A model generated the notes under the pieces. That model was given only the letters and a program-made list of their open reading frames with translations, was not told where the DNA came from and ran no database searches. Shown in pieces: positions 46,355 through 55,713 of a stretch of DNA of 64,000 bases; position 1 is the first letter of the stretch; each line of letters starts with the position of its first letter. This DNA comes from a virus. Position numbers and translations under genes: made by a program. The stretch is from IMG/VR virus record IMGVR_UViG_3300001919_000028, positions 1-64,000 of that record. One strand, 5' to 3'.

Positions 46355-46913
46355 GTTCTACATCGCAGACTGGCATTACGGCCACAAGAATGTCCTCGCG
46401 TTCGACAACAGGCCGTTCACGACTGTGGAGGAAATGAACGAAGCCCTCGTGAAGAACTGGAACGACGCGGTAAAGCCTGACGACATCGTGTATGTTCTTG
46501 GCGATATGTTCTGGTGCAAGTCAACGGAAGCGGTTCCTGTTCTTGATAAGCTGAACGGCGTCAAATTCCTGATTCGCGGGAACCACGACAGAAGCAACGA
46601 CAGCCGCTTCATCAAGAAATTCGCCAAAGTCACCGATTATCTTGAGGTCGAAGACAATAGCCGCCATGTGGTTCTCTGCCACTACCCCATCCCGTGCTAT
46701 AAGAACCACTTCTACGGGTGGTATCATCTCTACGGCCATGTCCACACGTCGTTCGAGTACAACATGATGGAGCACGACAAGGTTCTCATGAGTGCGCTGT
46801 ACAGCAGGCAGTGCCGGATGTTCAATGTCGGCGCGATGATTCCCTATATGGGTTATACACCGAGGACGCTGGACGAGATCCTCGCGGCAAATCAGGAGGA
46901 GGGAACGACATGA
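46347..46913 (+). CDS. Calcineurin-like metallophosphoesterase (second copy)
   Basis: DWHYGH…GDMF…GNHD…GHVH motifs. Confidence 0.8.
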   Translation: MSKFYIADWHYGHKNVLAFDNRPFTTVEEMNEALVKNWNDAVKPDDIVYVLGDMFWCKSTEAVPVLDKLNGVKFLIRGNHDRSNDSRFIKKFAKVTDYLEVEDNSRHVVLCHYPIPCYKNHFYGWYHLYGHVHTSFEYNMMEHDKVLMSALYSRQCRMFNVGAMIPYMGYTPRTLDEILAANQEEGTT

Positions 46914-48088
46914 TTTATCTTGACAACGCTGCCACCACGAAAGTGGCACCGGAAGTCCTGGATACGATGCTCCCCTATTTCAGCGAGCAGTACGGCAACG
47001 CCGGAACGATATACGGGTTTGGCCTCAGCGCAAGAGCGGCGATGGATAAAGCCCGCGAGCAAACAGCCAGACTTTTCTCGTGCCAGCCGACGAATGTGAT
47101 TTTCACGTCCGGCGGCAGCGAGGGGAACAACATGATCATCAAGGGTCTGCGCCGCCATCTTCTGGAGAGCGGCAAGACTCACATCATTCTGTCCGCGACG
47201 GAGCATGACTCCGTGCTCCATGCCGCCCAGACGCTTACCAAAGACGGGTTTTATCTCACATTGGTAAAGCCGGGTCAGGACGGCAGCATTTCTGCGGAAA
47301 TCGTGGAGAAAGAGATCCGCCCGGATACGGGCCTCGTCTCCATCATGTACGCCAACAACGAGACCGGCGCTGTCAACGACATCGAAGCCATCGGCCTGCT
47401 GTGTGAGCGCCGCTCAATTCTGTTCCATTCCGATTGTGTACAGGCCGCCGGGCAGTTTTCCATCGACGTGGACAAGCTCAACCTGGACTTTGCAACGGTA
47501 TCCTCTCATAAAATACATGGTCCGAAGGGAGTCGGTGCGGTTTTCGTAAGAACCCCCGGCCTGCTGGAGCCGCTGATCAACGGAGGTTCGGAGCAGGAGT
47601 TCGGGCTTCGCGGCGGAACGGAGAATGTGCCGGGAGTCGTAGGCTTTGGTAAGGCTTGCGAGCTCGCGGTTGACAACATGAAAGAGAATATGATTGCGGT
47701 CACTTCGAACAAGCAGTTTTTCGTCCGGTCTCTGCTTGACGACCTGCCGTATGACAGCCTGCAGGAAGCGGGCATCCACTACAACGGATATACATATATC
47801 GACCCAGGTAAAGTCGTGAACCTGCGTATTGACAATGTGTCCGGCGACACACTGGTTTTGATGATGGGCGCGTTTGGCGTCTGCATCTCTGCCGGTTCCG
47901 CCTGCCGGTCGCATGAAGCCGAACCGAGCCACGTTTTGCTCGCCAATGGCCTGACGCCGGATGAAGCGAGGAGCAGCGTGCGGATTTCGTTCTCGAAGTA
48001 TGATACGCAGGAGGAACTTCGGGAGGCGGCCAGGATCATGGCCAACTGTATCGAGACCTTACGGGCGTCCACTCCGCCGGAGGATTGA
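46910..48088 (+). CDS. Cysteine desulfurase (class V aminotransferase, IscS/NifS-like)
   Basis: PLP-lysine region SSHKIHGPKG and catalytic Cys loop SAGSACRS; GGAGGG RBS. Confidence 0.85.
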   Translation: MIYLDNAATTKVAPEVLDTMLPYFSEQYGNAGTIYGFGLSARAAMDKAREQTARLFSCQPTNVIFTSGGSEGNNMIIKGLRRHLLESGKTHIILSATEHDSVLHAAQTLTKDGFYLTLVKPGQDGSISAEIVEKEIRPDTGLVSIMYANNETGAVNDIEAIGLLCERRSILFHSDCVQAAGQFSIDVDKLNLDFATVSSHKIHGPKGVGAVFVRTPGLLEPLINGGSEQEFGLRGGTENVPGVVGFGKACELAVDNMKENMIAVTSNKQFFVRSLLDDLPYDSLQEAGIHYNGYTYIDPGKVVNLRIDNVSGDTLVLMMGAFGVCISAGSACRSHEAEPSHVLLANGLTPDEARSSVRISFSKYDTQEELREAARIMANCIETLRASTPPED

Positions 48089-48312
48089 TGGGAAAGTTAA
48101 AGTACCCGCGAGGTGAACGTGTCTGGGTAGGATATTATGATATCGAAGGCGTGCTGCGGTTTATTATGACGAGCAAGGAAAACAACCGGGACTACTACTA
48201 TTTATATGAATGCGTAGACGGTGAGTTTCGGAAGCTCGGTCGTTCCCGCTCCCCAAAAGACCTGGAAGAGAAGTTCGATGTTGACTCCAAGGTTAGAAAG
48301 GGGTTGGGCTGA
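48085..48312 (+). CDS. Hypothetical protein
   Basis: ORF. Confidence 0.45.
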   Translation: MMGKLKYPRGERVWVGYYDIEGVLRFIMTSKENNRDYYYLYECVDGEFRKLGRSRSPKDLEEKFDVDSKVRKGLG

Positions 48313-48924
48313 TTGACTGACTTTGAGTTTGACTGTTTCCAGAAGAAGCAGCTCGCACGAATGGCCAGACACCGCAAGCGCGGCAGTAACAGCAAGAAGT
48401 GTCGTATGTCAACAGACTACATGACCGAAAAACAATGGAAAGAGAGGAATGGGAAGTTGTACACTTGCAACCTGAATGAGCCTGTGTCGTGGGCGGGTTT
48501 CAAAGACCTGCCTCGTAATATCCAGGAGGAGTACATCAGGCATATGATCGAGCTCTACAACGTCAATGCCTCCAGTCTGGCGCAGATGTTCGGAGTTCGC
48601 CCGCTTACCGTTCGCCGTCTGATAGAGGCGAACAAACTCGGCATCTCATTTAAGGTCGGCAACAGCATGAACGCAGCGCAGAGAGAAAGATGGAACGAGT
48701 TTCTCGCTGGCGGCAGAGCTGTGCCGGCACCCGACCCGGAGCCTGCGGCAGACGTCGATATGGCCGAGGAACCGGAGGAGCAATTCCGCCCCGGTTCCAT
48801 GTCGATGAAGCAGTTTTCCCTTGTATTCCAGGGGAGGCTTGACCCGACGATGATTGCAAACTCGATTCTCAGTATTGCCGGCCAAAACGCAGAGGGCAAA
48901 ATCGAAATCATCTGCACGCTGTAA
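48313..48924 (+). CDS. HTH-containing protein (non-ATG start uncertain)
   Basis: Helix-turn-helix-like LAQMFGVRPLTVRRLIEANKLG. Confidence 0.45.
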   Translation: MTDFEFDCFQKKQLARMARHRKRGSNSKKCRMSTDYMTEKQWKERNGKLYTCNLNEPVSWAGFKDLPRNIQEEYIRHMIELYNVNASSLAQMFGVRPLTVRRLIEANKLGISFKVGNSMNAAQRERWNEFLAGGRAVPAPDPEPAADVDMAEEPEEQFRPGSMSMKQFSLVFQGRLDPTMIANSILSIAGQNAEGKIEIICTL

Positions 48925-48981
48925 CTCGCACTTCCAAAAGTGTGTGGGTTGTGGTAATATAAGAACGACCGAGGTGATGTT

Positions 48982-49335
48982 ATGCCAGAGACAAGCGTAA
49001 AAGCTGTTGCACAGGATGTGCTCGGCCAATTCTCAAATTTCGTGGCTGGGAAATATGAGCTGGTTGAACCAGCGAAGACAAGGTTTCTCAGTCTTTGCGA
49101 CCTCGCGGATATGATGGACGAGGAATTTGGTTCCGACGATATCAGCATTGAAGTGGAGCCAACCGGACTATCCGGAACGATCTGCTTTGACACGGACGAG
49201 GTCACGTTTGAGTACGGCCAATCCCACCCATTCTTCCAGTATATCAAGTGCGCGGATTTGGTCAGGTTCTCAAAGTCAGAGGATGGTATGCTCCGAATCC
49301 AATTCATCGTGAAAGATTTGTGGGTGAAAAAGTGA
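48982..49335 (+). CDS. Hypothetical protein
   Basis: ORF. Confidence 0.5.
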   Translation: MPETSVKAVAQDVLGQFSNFVAGKYELVEPAKTRFLSLCDLADMMDEEFGSDDISIEVEPTGLSGTICFDTDEVTFEYGQSHPFFQYIKCADLVRFSKSEDGMLRIQFIVKDLWVKK

Positions 49336-49587
49336 ATGAAAGGAAAAGAAAATCGCTGAGAGAAGCGATTCAGTTTTTGAACCGGGCGATTTTCATTGTC
49401 GATGGGGTGTGCGACCAGGAACAGGACGCCATTGACAATCTGCCCGAAGGTCTCCAAGCCTCCGAACGGTGCGAGGCGATGGAGCTTGCAGTCGATAGTC
49501 TCAATGATGCAACAGAAAAAATCGAAGAGGCGAAAGAATATATAGAGTCCGCCATAGGATAGATAGAAAGCAAGAGGGTGAGTCTGT

Positions 49588-50667
49588 TTGAGTTCAGAAT
49601 GGTTGATGTTTGGAGCTTGTGCTGCGATTGACGAGATGGGGTATCGCGTCCGCAGCAACTCAGCAAAGCGAGACTATGAATCACAGATGTCCGTCGCCAA
49701 AATGCTGCGGTGCAGCAAAGAGTTGGAAAGCGAACTTTGGAGTATGGTCGGCGACCCGTCCAAGTATGACGAGGTGTGGGATCGGATCGAGCTTTTTAAG
49801 AGGAAGAACCCGCATCTCTGTCTGGCGAAGGAGTGGGAAATCGTTGGAACGCGCAGGTTTCCTTTGCACACGGCAAAAAGCAGTGCAAGGTCTGCCATTC
49901 TCAGCTTGAAGACCGCAACAGTCAGGCTTTTGTGCCGGACCTACGGCAAGCTGACGCCGGACCACGCCTCCGAGCTGGCGCTGGAGAACAACTTTTATAA
50001 GATATGGTTGTCTTCCGGCGACAATGATTCAGTCCAGCCGGTTTGGACAAGCTCAAGTCAATCTTCATTTGAATCCATGCAGCGATCTTTCAGAGACGGT
50101 CTGGCGGAGAAGAAAGATAAGCTCCGCCAGGAGATCCGCAGCGCAACAGAGGAACAACACGACGCCATTGTCTATATGTCCTCGCTTGAGTACGACCCAA
50201 GCGTGGAATCTGCGGTCGATTATGTGACCGACACAATCCTCAATCTGGCGGTTCCGGCGTTTGATGCTCCGCAAGGCGTGCCGGACGGTGTTTGTCAGGC
50301 CATCACTCCGGAAGACTACGAAAAGTATGTGGCGGATGGCGGTGTGGACAGCCCATTCATTCGCCAGTCAATCGAGTCTCGCAGACGCAGGGAGGAAACG
50401 GTCAGGAGCGAGCGGTTGATGAACTATGTGCCGCAGAATGAGCAGTTCTCCAGTCTGCTGGGGGACATCATGTGGTCAAACAAGATCGCAAACCTCCCGT
50501 CGTCCACCGCCCCGACAATGGCGGCGATGTTCGGGAGCGCAGTCAAGGACGACTTTATAAGCAGTTGCTTCAACGGGTCGTTCAGTGGCATACTGTATTT
50601 TGTTTTGATAATTGTTGTTGTGCTGGTGGCGCTTGCTTCTATCGTATCGTTTATGGCAGAGTTCTAA
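49588..50667 (+). CDS. Hypothetical protein with C-terminal transmembrane anchor (TTG start)
   Basis: AGAGGGTGAG RBS; hydrophobic C-terminus. Confidence 0.5.
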   Translation: MSSEWLMFGACAAIDEMGYRVRSNSAKRDYESQMSVAKMLRCSKELESELWSMVGDPSKYDEVWDRIELFKRKNPHLCLAKEWEIVGTRRFPLHTAKSSARSAILSLKTATVRLLCRTYGKLTPDHASELALENNFYKIWLSSGDNDSVQPVWTSSSQSSFESMQRSFRDGLAEKKDKLRQEIRSATEEQHDAIVYMSSLEYDPSVESAVDYVTDTILNLAVPAFDAPQGVPDGVCQAITPEDYEKYVADGGVDSPFIRQSIESRRRREETVRSERLMNYVPQNEQFSSLLGDIMWSNKIANLPSSTAPTMAAMFGSAVKDDFISSCFNGSFSGILYFVLIIVVVLVALASIVSFMAEF

Positions 50668-50698
50668 AAAGAACGACGGGGAAAACTCCCCGTCGTTT

Positions 50699-51514
50699 TC
50701 AAATATCGAAGTAGTCTGGGAGGGGGATCGCTTGCCCAAGGATCACCTTCCCGCTTGCCCTGAAAGTGGAACCGCTGTCGGCGCTCAGGTAAACATTAGA
50801 GCTTTTGCGGTCCGGGTTCGCAGATAACAGGTAGACATTCCCCGCCCTGTCGCGGTAATACTGCTTGCAGTACATCGCTCCGTCAACGGAGAAAATCCCA
50901 ACGTCACCATTATTGATCTCGGCGTCCTTGTTCACGAACACCATTTCGCCGTCCTCAATATATGGGTACATACTGTCCCCCTGAATCCATACGGCAAAGT
51001 CGGCGTCCTCCGGGACAGATTTGTCGGCCAGTATCATCTCGAACTCATTCCCCTCCAGTGGGACCGCGATACCGGCGGCAGACGGGCTCGTATAGGCAGG
51101 GATATAGCGCTCCCGCTCTCTCCTCTCTGGGAGTACGACAACTTTGCTTTCCGAACGTGCGCTGCTTGCCCTGTTTTTCGCGGTAAACCTCGCATATTCT
51201 ATGTTGCAGAGCATTTCCACAGCTTGTTTCCCGTATTTATCAAGCTGCCGGAACTTTTCCAGGAGCGATGTCTCGGTTATATCGGAAGGGGTTGCCCCTT
51301 TGCGGTTGTCTGACGAGGGCTGAAAGCCGGTCAGAACGTCAATGGAGACATCCAGCGCTTCCCCAAGTGCCAGGACGGCCCGCAAACCTGGGAGTTTTAC
51401 GCCTCTCTCCCAGTTCCCGATAGTAACCTCTGTGACACCGATCTTCGCGCCGAGTTCTTTCTGTGTGATTCCATTTTTCAGGCGCAGGTCTCTCAGTCTC
51501 TTGCCAAAATCCAT
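50699..51514 (-). CDS. LexA/CI-like transcriptional repressor: XRE-type HTH + S24 peptidase domain
   Basis: HTH LKNGITQKELGAKIGVTEVTIGNWERG; S24 catalytic region GDSMYP…K; minus-strand RBS GGAGG 7 nt before the ATG at 51514. Confidence 0.85.
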   Translation of the reverse strand: MDFGKRLRDLRLKNGITQKELGAKIGVTEVTIGNWERGVKLPGLRAVLALGEALDVSIDVLTGFQPSSDNRKGATPSDITETSLLEKFRQLDKYGKQAVEMLCNIEYARFTAKNRASSARSESKVVVLPERRERERYIPAYTSPSAAGIAVPLEGNEFEMILADKSVPEDADFAVWIQGDSMYPYIEDGEMVFVNKDAEINNGDVGIFSVDGAMYCKQYYRDRAGNVYLLSANPDRKSSNVYLSADSGSTFRASGKVILGQAIPLPDYFDI

Positions 51515-51548
51515 AGGCGCAGCCTCCGATTTTTCTACACGATAGGTT

Positions 51549-51577
51549 CTTGACATCCATTCGTCGCTGTGTTACTA
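51549..51577 (+). promoter_or_regulatory. Consensus-like promoter TTGACA-N17-TACTAT (rightward, divergent from repressor)
   Basis: Hexamers read directly. Confidence 0.5.
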
Positions 51578-51607
51578 TAACAAGCACAAACTTTCTTTTG
51601 CTTCTCC

Positions 51608-51636
51608 ATGGTATCACAAACTTTTGTTGTTGTCAA
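51608..51636 (-). promoter_or_regulatory. Candidate leftward promoter (TTGACA-N17-TACCAT on the minus strand) for the repressor gene
   Basis: Reverse complement of 51608-51636. Confidence 0.4.
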
Positions 51637-51649
51637 GCACTTAAAAAGA

Positions 51650-51673
51650 GCAGTCCAACACCACTTGGACTGC
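51650..51673. promoter_or_regulatory. Perfect palindrome GCAGTCCAA-caccac-TTGGACTGC, candidate repressor operator
   Basis: 9-bp perfect inverted repeat in the divergent promoter region. Confidence 0.5.
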
Positions 51674-51843
51674 CCAGCGATTCCGGTATTGGTCAACCAA
51701 ACCTTTAAGAAAGGACTACTTCACCATAAAGTAGGGCAATACCGTACAGCCCGCAGATTTACAGGCGCACTCGCTCGCCACCGAATGCACCTGTAGTATA
51801 CCACAAAGAATTTGGTAATGCAATCGGAGGTTTACTGCAGAAC

Positions 51844-52158
51844 ATGAGCAAAATCAGGGAATTTAAGGACTTCATTGCCAAAAGAAACCCCAAGTCGTTT
51901 GTATTCTGGTCGGAGAACCAGGACTCCTACCGTGCCGCAGATCCGTGTAAACTCCAACTCACTTTTACAAATATGTTGATAAGCGAAAACCCGAGTGTGA
52001 TTTACCTGACCTGTGGAGAGAACTCCATGCGGTTGGACAGGGTCAAAAATGTTGAATACAGCGACAATATCACCCCTTTGGGGACCATAATCCGCATTTA
52101 TTGCGGGAACTCCGTGGTTGGACGGCAGGAGTTTTGTTACAGTTTGATTGCAATTTGA
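51844..52158 (+). CDS. Hypothetical protein (low-GC)
   Basis: ORF. Confidence 0.45.
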   Translation: MSKIREFKDFIAKRNPKSFVFWSENQDSYRAADPCKLQLTFTNMLISENPSVIYLTCGENSMRLDRVKNVEYSDNITPLGTIIRIYCGNSVVGRQEFCYSLIAI

Positions 52159-52177
52159 AAAAATTTATTTAATTATG

Positions 52178-52206
52178 TTGACAAATCACGCGAAGTGTGC
52201 TATACT
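52178..52206 (+). promoter_or_regulatory. Consensus promoter TTGACA-N17-TATACT upstream of the MazF-like gene
   Basis: Perfect -35 and near-perfect -10. Confidence 0.6.
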
Positions 52207-52246
52207 CCCCACTATCAACATATTTGTAGTGAGAGGAGAATCACCT

Positions 52247-52683
52247 TGCGTCGTCAAACCATGGAGCGTACCCCACTGATTGGGGAAGTGTATATGATGG
52301 AGTTCGAAGGGAGCGGGAGCGAGCAAAGCGGGTTCCGTCCTGGCCTTGTGTTCCAGAACAACGTCGGAAACGCATACAGTCCGAATATCATCGCCCTTCC
52401 GCTTACCAGTTCCATCAAGAAAATGGGTCAGCCAACCCATGTCCTGCTCAAAGCGAGCGAAACCGGCCTCCTCAGAGACAGCGTAGTCCTCTGCGAGAAT
52501 CCGCAGCGGATGTCCAAAGAGCGTATCGGTCGGTTTATCACCAAACTGTCCAACGAAGACATGAAGCGGGTCACAGAGGGCAACCTACTGGCGACATCAG
52601 CAATCGCGTTCCTCGATATCGAAACGCTGTACCGGGTTTGGAAGGCAGCGTCGGCTCTCAATGCAGCGAAGGTTCCTACATAA
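52247..52683 (+). CDS. mazF: MazF/PemK-family endoribonuclease toxin homologue (no adjacent antitoxin recognised)
   Basis: PLIGEVYMMEFEGSGSEQSGFRPGLVF…IIALPLTSS…VLCENPQRMSKERI matches the MazF/PemK fold signature; GAGGAG RBS then TTG. Confidence 0.7.
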
Positions 52684-52702
52684 ACGATAGGAGGTAATCG
52701 CT

Positions 52703-53656
52703 ATGTATAACGAGGAGCGAAAGCGGGCGTTTATCCAGAGCTATACCAAGAGCCTGAATACCGCCGATATCGCCGTCAATACCTTTGACGCGCTCCAGCC
52801 CTATGAAGAGACCTACGAGAAGGATATGGCCTGCTTTACCGTAGAGGAACTGCAGCCTGCCATCAACACCATTCTCGGTATCAGGTCGAGAAGCAAGTGG
52901 ATACGCATGACGATTCTGCGGGAGTATGTCCGGTGGTGCCAGATCAACCGGGTCCCGGACGCACAGGACAGCATCATGCACATCGACCTGCTGGGGCTCG
53001 ACAAGTTGCGGGAGCAGATGGTATCCGGTCCGCTTCATCTCCAGAACTACTTCAATCAGGTTTTCGACCCGGAGAGCGAAGAGACGCTGGACAATATCTA
53101 TCGCTGCTGGCTGTGGCTTGGGTATTCCGGTATCCAGGAGGAGGATACGCTGGAGATAGAGGATAAGGATATCGACTTCTCCAATCTGGTGATCCACTTT
53201 CGCGGCGACGAGTATCCGCTCTATAAGGAGGCGATCCCAGCCTTCCGTAACGCAGTTGGGCTGACGGACTTCCGCTACCTTCACCCGAACTACGGGGACA
53301 AAATCGTAAGACGCAGCCGGGTCGATGGGCACCTTCTCCTGCGCGGCATCAAGGCGACGACCAAGATCCTGACCATACGCTCCACCCTGTCCAAGCATCT
53401 CACCGAGTGCCAAAAGAAAGGAAAGACCACGCAGAAGCTGAGTTTTTACCGCGTTTCCATGTCCGGTCTTTTCTACCGGATGTACGAGCTCGAACGTGCC
53501 GGAATCCCACCGGATTTTGGCGGGTTTGCCGTCCGGGATATGGAGGGCAAGGAGTATTCGCAGAACAGCGGCGTAAAGCTGGAATGGCTGCAGAACAGGC
53601 GGGCAAGAGACTACATGGAAGATTACCAAAGGTGGAAGCTCGCGTTTTCATTCTGA
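52703..53656 (+). CDS. Hypothetical protein; possible tyrosine-recombinase/integrase-like or replication-initiator role (low confidence)
   Basis: 317 aa directly downstream of the repressor region and upstream of the replication module; no clean R-H-R-Y signature. Confidence 0.35.
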   Translation: MYNEERKRAFIQSYTKSLNTADIAVNTFDALQPYEETYEKDMACFTVEELQPAINTILGIRSRSKWIRMTILREYVRWCQINRVPDAQDSIMHIDLLGLDKLREQMVSGPLHLQNYFNQVFDPESEETLDNIYRCWLWLGYSGIQEEDTLEIEDKDIDFSNLVIHFRGDEYPLYKEAIPAFRNAVGLTDFRYLHPNYGDKIVRRSRVDGHLLLRGIKATTKILTIRSTLSKHLTECQKKGKTTQKLSFYRVSMSGLFYRMYELERAGIPPDFGGFAVRDMEGKEYSQNSGVKLEWLQNRRARDYMEDYQRWKLAFSF

Positions 53657-53731
53657 TAAGAGGAGCGCCAGTAGGCGCTTCTTTTATAGCCTATCAACAT
53701 AATTAAATAATTTGTAAAGGAGGTGAGTCCG

Positions 53732-54307
53732 TTGGACAATGTTTCTGGAAAAATGGAAGAGTTCCTCTCTCTGTATCAAACCAACATCACCAGAGAGGGA
53801 GCCGACAAGCTGCTGGATTGGTTGAAGCAGTCTGATTTCTTCAAAGCGCCGGCCTCAACGCGGTTTCATGGCAATTTCGATGGCGGTCTGCTGGTGCATT
53901 CGCTGAATGTCTACCACTGCTTGAAGTCTCTGCTTTCCCATCTGGATTTGGCGGACAAGTACAGCGACGAGACCGTCGCCATTGTGTCCCTGCTCCACGA
54001 TGTTTGCAAGGTGAATTTCTACAAGAAAGGAACGCGCAACGTGAAGGAGAACGGACAGTGGGTGACCAAGGAAGTGTTCGAGATTGACGAGAAATTCCCA
54101 TGCGGTCACGGAGAAAAGTCCGTCATCATTCTGCAGAACTTCATCAGCCTGTCGTCAGACGAGATTTTCGCCATTCGTGCCCACATGGGAGGGTTTGATA
54201 CCTCGGTAAAGGGCGGCGACCGTTTTATCGGGCAGATCTTCGAGCGCAGTTCTCTCGCACTACTCACACACATGGCCGATATGGAGGCCACCTACCTCTA
54301 TGAATGA
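53732..54307 (+). CDS. HD-domain phosphohydrolase
   Basis: H…LLHD motif; common in phage replication modules. Confidence 0.7.
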   Translation: MDNVSGKMEEFLSLYQTNITREGADKLLDWLKQSDFFKAPASTRFHGNFDGGLLVHSLNVYHCLKSLLSHLDLADKYSDETVAIVSLLHDVCKVNFYKKGTRNVKENGQWVTKEVFEIDEKFPCGHGEKSVIILQNFISLSSDEIFAIRAHMGGFDTSVKGGDRFIGQIFERSSLALLTHMADMEATYLYE

Positions 54308-54321
54308 AAAGGAGAATACAT

Positions 54322-54588
54322 ATGCCTTACTTCTGGAACAAAGAGGACATCCTGCAGCAAAAGCAGCGTGAACTCGACAACTACATGGGGCAGTTCAATG
54401 GTGCGGTTTCTCTGATTACGAACACCATCGACAGTCTCAGCGACATCAACCAGGCGATCAACGACAAGGTCAGCGAGATCGAAGCGTATCAGGCTGATCT
54501 GGAGGACACGAAGAACGGTCTCTTGAACGCGCAGAGCAAGAACGCCAAGGTCATCGCCAACTTCCGCGCTCTGCTCGGCGAAGACTGA
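54322..54588 (+). CDS. Hypothetical protein
   Basis: AAAGGAG RBS. Confidence 0.5.
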   Translation: MPYFWNKEDILQQKQRELDNYMGQFNGAVSLITNTIDSLSDINQAINDKVSEIEAYQADLEDTKNGLLNAQSKNAKVIANFRALLGED

Positions 54589-54600
54589 TAGGTGATGTCT

Positions 54601-55305
54601 ATGGCAGAACAAGATCTGAACATCTATCAGAAGCTCGCCAAAATCCGCAAGCAAGTCGAGGTCATGAAGCGCGACACCAAGGCTTACGGGTACAGCTACA
54701 CCAAGGAAGAGAGCATCCTGGCCAAGATCACGGTTTTCATGGAGAAGTTCAACCTCTCCCTTATCCCCGGCATCGTTCCCGGCACCACGGTCGTGACGCC
54801 GTACAACTACAAGAAGACCAAGACCACGCAGAAAGGCGATATCTACGAGGAGAACGTCAACGAGGTTCTGGTCAACGCCGACACCACCTGGACGTGGGTG
54901 AACAACGACAATCCGGAGGAGTGCATCGTGGTTCCCTGGGCCATGGTCGGCCAGCAGAGCGATGCGTCCCAGAGTTTCGGGTCCGGCCTCACCTACTCCT
55001 CCCGGTATTTCCTGTTGAAGTATTTCAACATCTCTACGTCGAACGACGACCCGGACAAGTTCCGCAGCAAGCAGCGTGAGGCCGAGGCGGAAGAGGAACG
55101 GGTGGTCACTCAGCAGATCATCGAGAGCATCGACAAGATCATCAAGGATTATCTGACTGCTCACCCCGAACGTGCGGCTGACGTGAAGAAGCTGGTCAGC
55201 AAGTACGTCAAGAACAGCGACTACTTCGCCATCAAGGAGTCTGCTCTCGCGGCGAAGTTGCTGCAGGATATCCGCGACACCTTCACCAACGGTCTGCCGG
55301 TATAA
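54601..55305 (+). CDS. ssDNA annealing protein (Erf-family-like)
   Basis: N-terminal LNIYQKLAKIRKQV…YGYSY pattern typical of ERF; context with SSB and exonuclease. Confidence 0.55.
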   Translation: MAEQDLNIYQKLAKIRKQVEVMKRDTKAYGYSYTKEESILAKITVFMEKFNLSLIPGIVPGTTVVTPYNYKKTKTTQKGDIYEENVNEVLVNADTTWTWVNNDNPEECIVVPWAMVGQQSDASQSFGSGLTYSSRYFLLKYFNISTSNDDPDKFRSKQREAEAEEERVVTQQIIESIDKIIKDYLTAHPERAADVKKLVSKYVKNSDYFAIKESALAAKLLQDIRDTFTNGLPV

Positions 55306-55326
55306 TCAGGATTGGAGGAATAACAC

Positions 55327-55698
55327 ATGGGTTTCAGGAATGGCGCATACGCCAAGGTCTGGGAAGTTACTCCCATGAGTGACACCAGCACCAAGCTCCG
55401 CATTTCGGTCAGCCGCAAGAACAAGCAGAGCGGCCAATACGAGCAGGACTTCTCCGGCTTCGTGCTCTGCATCGGTACGGCGGCGGCCAAGAAGGCTTCC
55501 CTTCTGCATGAGGGGTCCCGCATCAAGATCGGAGACTGCGACGTGACAACGAAGTATGACTCCGGCAAGAAAGTCACCTACACCAACTACAAAATCTTCT
55601 CTTTTGAAGATGCAGGCGGCGACAGCAGTTCTTCCCACGATGACCCGCAGCCCTCTGTTGACGACGGAGAACTGGACGACAGCAGGCTCCCGTTCTAA
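55327..55698 (+). CDS. ssb: Single-stranded DNA-binding protein
   Basis: OB-fold-size protein with acidic tail ending DDSRLPF (SSB C-terminal D-x-I/L-P-F motif). Confidence 0.7.
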   Translation: MGFRNGAYAKVWEVTPMSDTSTKLRISVSRKNKQSGQYEQDFSGFVLCIGTAAAKKASLLHEGSRIKIGDCDVTTKYDSGKKVTYTNYKIFSFEDAGGDSSSSHDDPQPSVDDGELDDSRLPF

Positions 55699-55713
55699 CG
55701 AGGCTGACTGCCT

